Assembly (NCBI GenBank): GCA_031256725.1
Contig: JAIRQE010000016.1
Location: 4,099 to 36,098, forward strand
DNA from: Propionibacteriaceae bacterium
GTDB taxonomy: Bacteria > Actinomycetota > Actinomycetes > Propionibacteriales > Propionibacteriaceae
DNA: 32,000 nt
Direction of reading: 5' to 3'
The translations under genes and the position numbers were made by a program. A model generated the notes under the pieces. It had not been told where the DNA came from. It did not search any database and was given only the letters and a program-made list of their open reading frames with translations. Positions 24,099 through 32,000 of this stretch are shown here, in pieces. Position 1 is the stretch's first letter, and each line of letters starts with the position of its first letter.

Positions 24099-25133
24099 TT
24101 GTCCATTACGTCGTCTGACACTGAGACTCGTTTAGACTCTCGGCGCGTTGTTGTGCCCACCTCCATACCGATGGTGGCTGTTCTTGGCCCCTCCGATGAG
24201 TTTCTGCGCCTCCTCGAGAAGACTCTGAAGGCCGACATCTATGTCCGTGGTAATGAGATTACGTTGAGTGGATCTCGTGAGGCTATGAACCATGCCGAGG
24301 ATGTACTTACCCAAATGGTGACCATTGTGCGTACCGGGCAGGGATTGAGCTTGGCAGATGTGTCCAGGATTGCCGAGATGGTAGGTACGGAAACCCTTGA
24401 AGCAGCAGAGGTTCTCACCCAGTCGATCCTCTCCCATAGGGGGCGTACCATCCGGCCCAAGACTGCGAACCAGAAGAGGTATGTGGATGCCATCGACTCC
24501 AATACCATCGTCTTCGGTATCGGCCCAGCCGGAACGGGGAAAACCTATCTGGCCGTGGCAAAGGCTGTACAAGCCCTCCAGGCCAAGCAGGTTTCCCGGA
24601 TCATTTTGACTCGTCCAGCGATTGAGGCAGGGGAGAGGTTGGGATTCCTTCCGGGGACGCTCTCCGAGAAGATTGACCCCTATCTTCGTCCCCTCTATGA
24701 CGCCCTTCATGACATGCTTGATCCTGCATCTGTACCGCGGCTGTTGACGGCTGGCACGATTGAGATCGCGCCACTGGCGTACATGAGGGGTCGTACGCTC
24801 AACGACGCATTCATCATCCTTGATGAGGCCCAAAATACTTCGATGGAGCAGATGAAGATGTTCCTGACCCGACTGGGATTCGGATCAACCATGGTTGTCA
24901 CAGGGGACATCACCCAGATCGATCTGCCTGGTGCGACGAAGTCGGGTCTCAAAGAGGTCACCGGAATCCTGGATGGAGTCAGGGACATCAGCTTCTGCCG
25001 GTTGACGAATCAGGACGTGGTACGTCACCCGCTCGTTGGGCATATCGCAGCAGCCTATGACACCTATGAGGCAAGGCGAGTCACACATGAAGAACCCAGA
25101 AAAGGGCAGAGGTCCCGGAAGGTAGTTGAATGA
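24099..25133 (+). CDS. phoH: PhoH-like ATPase
   Basis: Walker A is GIGPAGTGKTYLAV, and the blocks RIILTRPAIEAGERLGFLPG, DEAQNT and VVTGDITQIDLP are present. The TTG start taken from the ORF track directly abuts the GGGAGG, so the true start may be further downstream. Confidence 0.9.
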   Translation: MSITSSDTETRLDSRRVVVPTSIPMVAVLGPSDEFLRLLEKTLKADIYVRGNEITLSGSREAMNHAEDVLTQMVTIVRTGQGLSLADVSRIAEMVGTETLEAAEVLTQSILSHRGRTIRPKTANQKRYVDAIDSNTIVFGIGPAGTGKTYLAVAKAVQALQAKQVSRIILTRPAIEAGERLGFLPGTLSEKIDPYLRPLYDALHDMLDPASVPRLLTAGTIEIAPLAYMRGRTLNDAFIILDEAQNTSMEQMKMFLTRLGFGSTMVVTGDITQIDLPGATKSGLKEVTGILDGVRDISFCRLTNQDVVRHPLVGHIAAAYDTYEARRVTHEEPRKGQRSRKVVE

Positions 25134-25594
25134 TAGACATCAATAATGAATCCGGAAGAATGGCTGACGAAAAAGGCCTCGTCAGGTTGGCTCGATTTGC
25201 TCTAGACATCCTCCATATTCATCCTGAGGCAGAGTTGTCGATCCAGTTGGTTGATGAGGCAACCATGTCGGCTTATCACGAGAAGTTCATGGGGGAGCCC
25301 GGGCCGACCGATGTTTTGAGTTTCCCGATGGATGAACTACGTCCAGGCAAACCCAATGGCGAGGAACCGCTTGGGGTCCTCGGTGATGTTGTACTCTGCC
25401 CTGAGGTGACCGAGCGTCAGGCAGCTGACACGGGGCGCACCCCCCGACAGGAGGCTGAGTACCTTCTCATCCACGGAATCCTTCACCTTCTGGGTTTCGA
25501 TCATGGTGAGCCTCAGGAAAAGGCTGTGATGTTTGGGTTGAATGACCAGATCATTGAGGCATGGACGAAGGAATCTAGGAGTGCGAATGCCTGA
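25130..25594 (+). CDS. ybeY: rRNA maturation endoribonuclease YbeY
   Basis: The zinc motif HGILHLLGFDH is present and the ATG overlaps the phoH stop (ATGA). Confidence 0.95.
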   Translation: MIDINNESGRMADEKGLVRLARFALDILHIHPEAELSIQLVDEATMSAYHEKFMGEPGPTDVLSFPMDELRPGKPNGEEPLGVLGDVVLCPEVTERQAADTGRTPRQEAEYLLIHGILHLLGFDHGEPQEKAVMFGLNDQIIEAWTKESRSANA

Positions 25595-25618
25595 TCCTGT
25601 TCAACCTGGGAGTCCGCG

Positions 25619-26920
25619 ATGACCCTTGCAGTACAAATAATCCTGCTCGTGGTCTTCCTGGTGATCGCGGGGTTCTTCATGGCGATCCAGGAGGGTTTCT
25701 CCACCCTGTCCAAGGGGCAAGCTCGCAAGCTCGTTGACGATGAGGTGAAGAAGGCCGACAGGGTTGCCCAGATCGCAGCTGATCCCGCGCCAACAGTCTC
25801 CACGGCCCTATTTCTGAGGCTTGTCGGTGAGGTTGGTTTCGCTGTTGTTGTCGTGAACCTCTTTATGACTAGGGTTAATGCGAGCCCAATCTGGTCTCTC
25901 TTGGGCGCAGGAACAGTAGTTCTCATCACTTTGTTTGTGATTGTTCATGTGTCTGCTTGCACCCTTGGCCGCCAGAAGGTGGTCGCTGTGACTCTCAGCA
26001 CATGTACCCTCATGAAGCTGCTCACCTCTGTCTTTTTCGTTATCCCGCAGTTGATGATCCTGGTTTCCAACATCATCACCCCAGGTCGGGGATTTCCTGA
26101 CGGACCCTTTGCCTCTGAAGATGAGCTCCTAGAGTTCGTGGACAGGGCTGAGGCCTCCAACCAGATTGAGGCCGATGAACGCAAGATGATCTACTCGGTC
26201 TTCGATCTGGGTGACACCCTCGTTCGTGAGGTGATGGTACCTAGACCCGACGTGGTCTATATCGAGGAGGGGAAGACCCTCAGGCAGGCCTTAGCGCTCA
26301 CCCTGCGTTCAGGTTTCTCCCGTATCCCTGTGACTGGAGCCAAGGGCCTTGACGATGTGATCGGTATCCTCTACCTAAAAGACATTGTCAAGCGTGTTTT
26401 CGACAAGTCGGATGCCCAATCTTCGGAACTCGTTTCCTCTTTGGTACGGCCTGTCACATGGTGTCCTGACTCGAAACCGGCAGATGATCTCCTGCGTGAG
26501 ATGCAGGCGGCACATATACACATGGTTGTTGTGGTTGATGAGTTCGGTGGTACAGCTGGAATCGTTACCATTGAAGACCTCTTGGAAGAGATCGTTGGAG
26601 AGATCCAAGACGAGTTTGACCAGGAGATTGACCCTGTGACCCAGATCTCTGAGGGTGTCTACCGGGTTTCATCACGACTGTCGCTGGCAGACTTGGGGGA
26701 TCTGTTTGAGATGGAACTTGACGACGAGGACGTGGATTCTATTGGTGGGATCCTCGCCAAGAAACTCAACCAGGTTCCCATCCCAGGCTCAACACTGACA
26801 TGGGAGGGCCTGGAGATGACTGCCGATCAGTACGCAGGTCGCCGCCACCAAATAGCAACCATCATTGTTCACCGAGCAGTCGAAGGCGATGAAGGTACTG
26901 ATGAAGGGATCACACGGTGA
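25619..26920 (+). CDS. DUF21/CBS-pair/CorC_HlyC domain membrane protein (hemolysin/CorC family)
   Basis: The N-terminus has TM segments. These are followed by [23 protein letters not shown] pairs and a C-terminal transporter-associated domain. The gene sits in the conserved position between ybeY and era. Confidence 0.9.
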   Translation: MTLAVQIILLVVFLVIAGFFMAIQEGFSTLSKGQARKLVDDEVKKADRVAQIAADPAPTVSTALFLRLVGEVGFAVVVVNLFMTRVNASPIWSLLGAGTVVLITLFVIVHVSACTLGRQKVVAVTLSTCTLMKLLTSVFFVIPQLMILVSNIITPGRGFPDGPFASEDELLEFVDRAEASNQIEADERKMIYSVFDLGDTLVREVMVPRPDVVYIEEGKTLRQALALTLRSGFSRIPVTGAKGLDDVIGILYLKDIVKRVFDKSDAQSSELVSSLVRPVTWCPDSKPADDLLREMQAAHIHMVVVVDEFGGTAGIVTIEDLLEEIVGEIQDEFDQEIDPVTQISEGVYRVSSRLSLADLGDLFEMELDDEDVDSIGGILAKKLNQVPIPGSTLTWEGLEMTADQYAGRRHQIATIIVHRAVEGDEGTDEGITR

Positions 26921-27846
26921 TCGAGACAACCCAACCCATCCACCACTCTGGTTTCGCCTGCTTTGTTGGGCGACCCAATGCTGGAAAGTCAACTCTGACG
27001 AATGCCCTTGTAGGTACGAAGGTAGCCATCGCCTCAGATAAGCCACAGACCACCCGCCACATCATTAAAGGGATTGTGACAAGGGATGATGGTCAACTCG
27101 TGATCCTGGACACTCCTGGGATTCACCGACCAAGGACACTGCTTGGTGAACGTCTCAATCAGTTGGTCTATGACACCTGGTCCGAGGTGGATGTGATCGG
27201 TGTATGTCTGCCTTGCCCGGAGAAGATCGGGCCAGGGGATCGTCACCTCATCACCGAGATTGCCAACCTCAAGAATCGACCAACCCTGATGGGGCTCGCC
27301 ACAAAGGTTGATCTCGCTGGGAAACCACGGATTCGGGAGCACCTGATCGACATTCAAAAACTTGAATCCGAGTTGGGTATCGAGTGGGCGCAGATCGTAC
27401 CCGTCTCGGCAAAGACTGGAGAGAATATCGACCTTGTTCGGGATCTCTTGGTGGGTACATTGCCTGAGGGGCCGCGGTACTATCCAGACGGAGAGGTGAC
27501 CGACGAACCGACGGAAACCCTTGTGACAGAGCTGATCCGAGAGGTTGCCCTAGGGCTTGTTCATGAGGAACTCCCGCATTCGATCACTGTCACCATTGAA
27601 GAAATGGGGTTGAGGCCAGAACGCGATAAGCCCCTGCTCGACATCTTTGCCAACCTCATTGTTGAAAGAGATTCTCAGAAACCTATCATCTTGGGGAAAA
27701 AGGCTGAGCGTCTCAAGCAAATTGGTACCGAGGCTCGCCAAAGGATCTCACGCCTAGTGGGAACGCCTGTTTACCTGGATCTGAAGGTCAAGGTGATGAA
27801 GGAATGGCAGCGTGATCCGAAGGCCCTCAACCGCTTGGGATTCTAA
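26917..27846 (+). CDS. era: GTPase Era
   Basis: G1 is GRPNAGKSTL, G3 is DTPG, and a C-terminal KH domain is present. The GTG start overlaps the upstream stop. Confidence 0.95.
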   Translation: MIETTQPIHHSGFACFVGRPNAGKSTLTNALVGTKVAIASDKPQTTRHIIKGIVTRDDGQLVILDTPGIHRPRTLLGERLNQLVYDTWSEVDVIGVCLPCPEKIGPGDRHLITEIANLKNRPTLMGLATKVDLAGKPRIREHLIDIQKLESELGIEWAQIVPVSAKTGENIDLVRDLLVGTLPEGPRYYPDGEVTDEPTETLVTELIREVALGLVHEELPHSITVTIEEMGLRPERDKPLLDIFANLIVERDSQKPIILGKKAERLKQIGTEARQRISRLVGTPVYLDLKVKVMKEWQRDPKALNRLGF

Positions 27847-28017
27847 GAGTCATGCGCCACACGGTGAAAACCCTTATCCATCTTTGTCCAGGTGGGGTAT
27901 CCTCGTAGTAGGCCCTAATTCCATGGTGACTCTTGGAGAATCCTGGACAATGCTGTGGCTGCATGTAACAAGGATGAAGAAAAGGCCTAGAGGGGGTATC
28001 TGGAGAAGGAGTTGATT

Positions 28018-28038
28018 TCGTTGGGGACAACGATTTTT
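28018..28038 (+). terminator. Candidate intrinsic terminator (TCGTTG-GGGA-CAACGA-TTTTT)
   Basis: It has a 6-bp stem, a 4-nt loop and a 5-T run. It lies about 170 nt after the era stop and 29 nt before the ATG of the large secreted protein. The stem is short, so confidence is moderate. Confidence 0.45.
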
Positions 28039-28066
28039 GACCCGTGATTCAGTGAAGGAGGAGGCG

Positions 28067-31000
28067 ATGAATAGTAGTCTGACACGCGTATTCAGTTGTT
28101 TTTGCGCCTTTGCCCTTGTTGTAGGTGCCCTCTTTGGTTCTACCCCTCACGCTGAAGCAGATGATTCCTTGTTCTCTGTGGAATCCTATCCTCGCGTCGA
28201 TGGCGCCCTCTCGGCTCAAACCCTCGCCTCTGCGTACCAGGATGCTTTCACGGGTGAATCCTCATCCCAGGTTTTCAGTGGTACAGACCTCGCCTACACG
28301 AAGCTCATTTCGGGCAATACTGATCTGATCATCGTTCCTGTACCCACTCCTGCGCAATTGGCCCTTGCTCAGAATGCTGGGATGGAACTCGAAGTCATTC
28401 CTGTCGCGAATGATGCACTCGTTTTCCTTGCCCAAGCTGATGCAGTGAATTCGGTGGGCGTGGATAACTTGCGCGCTATCTATGGTGGTGCGACCACCGA
28501 TTGGGCAAGTCTAGGATCAAGTCTCGGGCCAATCACTGCGTATCAGAACCTTGAGGATTGGGGTTCCTCCCAGGCCTTAATGGATCTGGTTATGAACGGA
28601 TCGCCTCTGGCGCCAGCCCCCAAGGACTCAGATGGAAACCCTCTGGTTTATGACGGGCAACAAGGAGGAATAGGGTACGCCTTCTACCACTATGTGAAGG
28701 CTATTTGGGGTGATCTTGTTGATCCTCGTGACGGTGGTGACTCGAAGATTAAGCTGCTTGATGTGAACAATATCTCCGCAAACCCAGTCTCCATACAATC
28801 AAGTGTCTACCCGCTGACCACCCCCTATTTCATTGTCATTAACAAGGCTCAACGTCCCAGTTCCAAGGTCCGTGTGCTCATTGAGGCGATGCTTGGTCCG
28901 ACTGGTCATGAGGCCGCTATCAAGGCTGGGTATATCCCAAGGCCTCCAGCAACAGTGACCAAGCCTGAGCCGGGTGCAACACCGGCCCAGGACCCGAATC
29001 GTCTTGAAAATCTCAACCAGGTCTATTCCCTGAATCCACTGGCAATCTCAACAGCGACAATCTATTTCCAAGCATGGCTTCCCACTGGGAACACTGGATG
29101 TGCGATGGTTGAATCCTTGGAGATCACGGGGCTTAAGAATCCTAATCGCCTGAAGGATCAGCTTACGGCCTTCACTGAGGCTCAACTGGATTATCTGAAG
29201 GATGTTTGGGAGGTTGAGAACATCGTTCAGGTTGAATCCTGTACAGGGGTAAAATCCGAGAATATCATCAGCTTGAGAACCTCACTGATGGCCAACTTCG
29301 CGAACCTGTTGTCTGTGGTCTCTCGTACCTCAGAAGCGGCGGAAACAACAGCGACGATACCAGTTGCTTCTATGAACCTGCGCTTGGATACTGCTGCTCC
29401 ATTGGCTTTGGCTGATCTGTTCACCCAGGATGCCAACATTGCCGCAATGATCCACGTTGCAGACTCAACTCCTCGAAAAGAGGAGGCTGTGGTTGCCTGG
29501 GCGAGTTCTGTGGACACCTATCCTTTCAGCTTCACTCCCATGGCTGCTCAACTCTATCTTCCTGCGGTTGCTGGGGAACCTGCGATGGAGTTGACGATCC
29601 CTTTCAGGACACATTGGTCCGAGTTGGCGCTATTCAATCTGGCCCAAACCACTGGGTTGTACACCTCAACCAGCCCAGCAACAACCTGCCCTGTACTGAC
29701 CTATCGCATGGACAACTATTGCTGGACGGGTGAAGACAAGACCTGGCCTGTGGTTGATGCCCCCCACGAGGGCGGGATCATGAGCGTCCCCCTTGAGGTT
29801 GCCCCCGGTTTCATGTGGAGGGTCCGTTCGAGTGAGGCCTCCGACCCGAAACCCATGTCTGGTACAGGTCCCATGACCATCGACGTTGGGTTGGCCGGAA
29901 ATCCATCCGAAACTCCCAGGGTGTTGAGGATCGAGATTGAGGTCCATGATCCCCAAACGGAGATCGCCTATAACGCCCATATCGATCTGAAACAGGCGGG
30001 TAAGCCCCTAGAGCAGTCCGAGTCACAGCTTACCGATAACTCCACATTAACCATTGAGTCAGGCCCGGTACGCGTAGTAGTACCCCCATGCAGTGGAGTG
30101 ATCGATGTTAGCGACGAGGTTGTGATCGCTTCTGTAACAGCGTTGGATATAGCTGGCCAGCCTCGGCCCAACACTCGGGTTCAGTTCTTCTCTGCGGGTG
30201 GTTTGATCCTGGGGCAATCCATCATTGTCACAGATGAGTTCGGTATTGCCTCCATCGCAGGTGTCCTTGATCCTGATGCTCTGGCAGCGGGGGCCCGACC
30301 AAGTGTGTCAGCCTTCGTAGAATCCGAGGGTACATGGGTGAATGTCACAGGTTCCTCTATGGATGTTGACTTGGAGTTGATCGCTGAACCTGATCCTCCT
30401 GGTGTACTCACCTTGAATAGTTCAGCTTCAACGGGCGCTCACGCAGATGGTCGTTCCAGCTATGCAGTCTCAGCCCACCTTGTTGACGGCTGTGGGGTCC
30501 TCGGGGCAGGCCAGATGATTGAGTTCACTGCAACCGGGTCGGCCCAGCTCTCGGAAGACACAATTCAGCTGGATGCCGAGGGGCGTGCCCATGTACTCGT
30601 GACAAACCTCGTTCCTGAAACCATTACCTTTGGGGCTAAGGTTCTTGCTGCCCAGGAGGGCGAAGTTGAAATCAAGCCCCTAACCATGAGATTCGAGCCA
30701 CCAGTCCCTGATATATTCCAATCTGCATTGATCGTGAACTCTATGGTGAATATCCCCTGTACAGGCGAGGGAGTAGCGCCAGTTTCAGTTGTCGTCAAGG
30801 ATGGTGACGGGGATGCCCTCCTTGGTCAAGAAATCGCATTCAGTGTTGAAGGTAGGGCCACGCTCTCAGATTCAACAGTACGAACAGACTCCACGGGTAT
30901 AGGCTCCATCACGCTGATCTCCAGTGAAGAGGAGACGGTAATCCTGCGGGCAACAATGGACGGCAAAGAGATTTCGGGATCACCCGTCGTGGTCTCTTTC

Positions 31001-31720
31001 CTCCCGGATTGCAGTCGACCAGCGCCAGCGTCGATGTGGTATTCCTTAAGCGCGGGCCCGAGGGTTGCTGATGGTGTTGATGGTTTCCTTCTCACCGTTT
31101 ATGCCAAGGATGTCAACGGCGGTTATGTGGGTGGCATGCAGGAGAAGATCAAGATCATATCCAGTGATTCCCATGTCACCATTGCCGAGGTTACAGAGAG
31201 TGGATATGGGGTTTACACAACGAGGATCACCGCCACCAAGGATGGAATCTTCGACTTGGGTATCTTCCTAGCAGGTGACGACTTTGACCGTGAGGTGGCC
31301 AAATCTCCTACAGAAGTGGTCTTTGTTCCTGCTTGGTCCTCACATCTGACAGCCCAGGAGGATTCAAGCGAGGGTAGTCTTACCAAGACCATCGCTAGGG
31401 TTGCCGACGGTCAAGATACCTTGACGATCACCGCTCAGATCACTTCACGGGCAGGAACCTCACCCTCAGTGCCCCTCGTAGGCCAAGCAAGTACTCTCTC
31501 GGCATCAATCGAATCCTCGGCTGGTGGGGTCATTGTTACCCCCTTCATCGAAGTGAGACCAGGCGTCTATACCGCAGACATAACCTCCACCATCCCTGGT
31601 GTCTATCAGGCCACGATTACATGGACCGGCTCAGCAGATGGTGCCATCACCACCGACCCGGTACCTGTGACTTTCGTACCCATAGGTTTTGACCGTAAAC
31701 AAGGATTCGAACCCCGATAA
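28067..31720 (+). CDS. Large secreted protein: signal peptide + PstS-like PBP domain + unassigned middle region + about 5 Big_1 (invasin/intimin-type Ig-like) repeats
   Basis: I prefer the ATG at 28067, with GAAGGAGGAGG 3 nt upstream, over the TTG at 28037, which lies in the terminator T-run. The signal peptide is MNSSLTRVFSCFCAFALVVGALFGSTPHAEA. The PBP_like_2-type blocks are YPRVDGALSAQTLA and IPVANDALVFLAQ...VGVDNLRAIYGGATTDWASLG. The C-terminal half has repeated motifs of the type ADG.d...vtv.v.D..G..l.gq.i.F. No LPXTG motif or TM anchor is seen. Confidence 0.85.
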   Translation: MNSSLTRVFSCFCAFALVVGALFGSTPHAEADDSLFSVESYPRVDGALSAQTLASAYQDAFTGESSSQVFSGTDLAYTKLISGNTDLIIVPVPTPAQLALAQNAGMELEVIPVANDALVFLAQADAVNSVGVDNLRAIYGGATTDWASLGSSLGPITAYQNLEDWGSSQALMDLVMNGSPLAPAPKDSDGNPLVYDGQQGGIGYAFYHYVKAIWGDLVDPRDGGDSKIKLLDVNNISANPVSIQSSVYPLTTPYFIVINKAQRPSSKVRVLIEAMLGPTGHEAAIKAGYIPRPPATVTKPEPGATPAQDPNRLENLNQVYSLNPLAISTATIYFQAWLPTGNTGCAMVESLEITGLKNPNRLKDQLTAFTEAQLDYLKDVWEVENIVQVESCTGVKSENIISLRTSLMANFANLLSVVSRTSEAAETTATIPVASMNLRLDTAAPLALADLFTQDANIAAMIHVADSTPRKEEAVVAWASSVDTYPFSFTPMAAQLYLPAVAGEPAMELTIPFRTHWSELALFNLAQTTGLYTSTSPATTCPVLTYRMDNYCWTGEDKTWPVVDAPHEGGIMSVPLEVAPGFMWRVRSSEASDPKPMSGTGPMTIDVGLAGNPSETPRVLRIEIEVHDPQTEIAYNAHIDLKQAGKPLEQSESQLTDNSTLTIESGPVRVVVPPCSGVIDVSDEVVIASVTALDIAGQPRPNTRVQFFSAGGLILGQSIIVTDEFGIASIAGVLDPDALAAGARPSVSAFVESEGTWVNVTGSSMDVDLELIAEPDPPGVLTLNSSASTGAHADGRSSYAVSAHLVDGCGVLGAGQMIEFTATGSAQLSEDTIQLDAEGRAHVLVTNLVPETITFGAKVLAAQEGEVEIKPLTMRFEPPVPDIFQSALIVNSMVNIPCTGEGVAPVSVVVKDGDGDALLGQEIAFSVEGRATLSDSTVRTDSTGIGSITLISSEEETVILRATMDGKEISGSPVVVSFLPDCSRPAPASMWYSLSAGPRVADGVDGFLLTVYAKDVNGGYVGGMQEKIKIISSDSHVTIAEVTESGYGVYTTRITATKDGIFDLGIFLAGDDFDREVAKSPTEVVFVPAWSSHLTAQEDSSEGSLTKTIARVADGQDTLTITAQITSRAGTSPSVPLVGQASTLSASIESSAGGVIVTPFIEVRPGVYTADITSTIPGVYQATITWTGSADGAITTDPVPVTFVPIGFDRKQGFEPR

Positions 31721-31798
31721 TCATCGTCCCATGAGGATCTGACTCTTTTCTGTATTGGTGCGGAGAGTACTACCTCGCCCTCTCCCGGATTCAATTCT

Positions 31799-31888
31799 GA
31801 AGTGCAACCCTTCTCTAGCAGTGAACATTGAACACGTCACATCCTACGGAAGGTGTTGCACTTCGGTTTAGAACCCAGGTTCCGAAGT
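31799..31888 (+). other. Two overlapping, mutually exclusive stem-loops downstream of the large gene
   Basis: Stem A pairs GAAGTGCAACCCTTC (31799-31813) with GAAGG-T-GTTGCACTTC (31849-31864), giving 15 bp with one bulge. Stem B pairs ACTTCGG (31860-31866) with CCGAAGT (31882-31888). The two stems share bases 31860-31864. Confidence 0.5.
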
Positions 31889-31901
31889 CGATCATGTCAA
31901 A

Positions 31902-31949
31902 TTGCCCGCGAAACATGACCCGTGTATCACATGGTTTTTGCCCGCGAAA
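31902..31949. repeat. 12-bp direct repeat TTGCCCGCGAAA x2 (36 bp start to start)
   Basis: Exact copies lie at 31902-31913 and 31938-31949. The first copy sits in the loop of a TCATGT/ACATGA 6-bp inverted repeat (31892-31897 / 31913-31918). Confidence 0.6.
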
Positions 31950-32000
31950 TCAGGTGGTGAGTCTGATCCCGGATGGGTCAGGTAAGGGCCTGGTTTGACG

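Noticed and set aside
28037-28066. TTG start at 28037 for the large secreted protein
   Set aside because: The codon sits in the T-run of the terminator-like hairpin and has no SD. The ATG at 28067 follows GAAGGAGGAGG and begins directly with a typical signal peptide.
31700-31716. tRNA T-arm-like string (minus strand CGGGGTTCGAATCCTTG) at the very end of the large ORF, considered as a tRNA gene or a tRNA-derived att remnant
   Set aside because: The flanks cannot be folded into a cloverleaf. The implied acceptor strand TTTACGG has no complementary 5' partner within 50-90 nt. The T-stem would need two G-U pairs and position 1 would be C. No integrase is nearby. I therefore treat it as a chance GGTTCGAATCC match within coding sequence, though a blastn against the genome's tRNAs would settle it.
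1-32000. CRISPR arrays, IS elements, prophage genes, toxin-antitoxin pairs or classical defence systems
   Set aside because: No spaced identical repeats, transposase or integrase-like ORFs, or small paired ORFs with such signatures were seen on either strand. The only repeats found are those reported above.

Overview
Actinobacterial-type chromosomal window, judged from a TCGAAC-N4-GTTCGA LexA box, a CTGGCACTC-N9-GAGTGCTAG CIRCE element, many stop/start overlaps and the hrcA-dnaJ-rsmE ... phoH-ybeY-CBS-era gene order. GC content and codon statistics were not computed. No rRNA, intact tRNA, CRISPR array, transposase or integrase was recognised. Left to right: (1) The 5' part of a cystathionine gamma-synthase/lyase-like gene on the minus strand runs off the left edge. 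(2) A 500-bp divergent control region holds two Cys/Met-rich mini-ORFs, one per strand, and a perfect 17-bp palindrome. (3) An operon encodes a URO-D-fold protein with an HxC...C zinc-thiolate motif plus a Liv-type ABC importer: lipoprotein SBP, fused LivHM permease, fused LivGF ATPase. (4) A short remnant of an enolase-superfamily gene follows. (5) A LexA-box-controlled small W-rich protein and a DnaE2-like error-prone polymerase come next. (6) A YdbS/YdbT-like bPH2 membrane-protein pair lies on the minus strand. (7) CIRCE-hrcA-dnaJ-rsmE follows. (8) A block of about 8.3 kb sits between rsmE and phoH. It contains a Tgt homologue with an atypical substrate-pocket motif, and convergent to it a tightly packed minus-strand array: yhhQ-like queuosine-precursor transporter, Hen1, Pnkp, then an acyltransferase-SGNH protein. 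(9) phoH-ybeY-DUF21/CBS-era follows. (10) A 1217-aa secreted protein fuses a PstS-like PBP domain to Big_1-like Ig repeats and has no recognisable C-terminal anchor. (11) A structured, repeat-containing region occupies the right edge. The most interesting candidates are the paired Cys/Met leader peptides with their zinc methyltransferase-like/ABC operon, and the physical coupling of queuosine salvage (Tgt, YhhQ) to the Pnkp-Hen1 RNA repair cassette inside an otherwise conserved core gene block.
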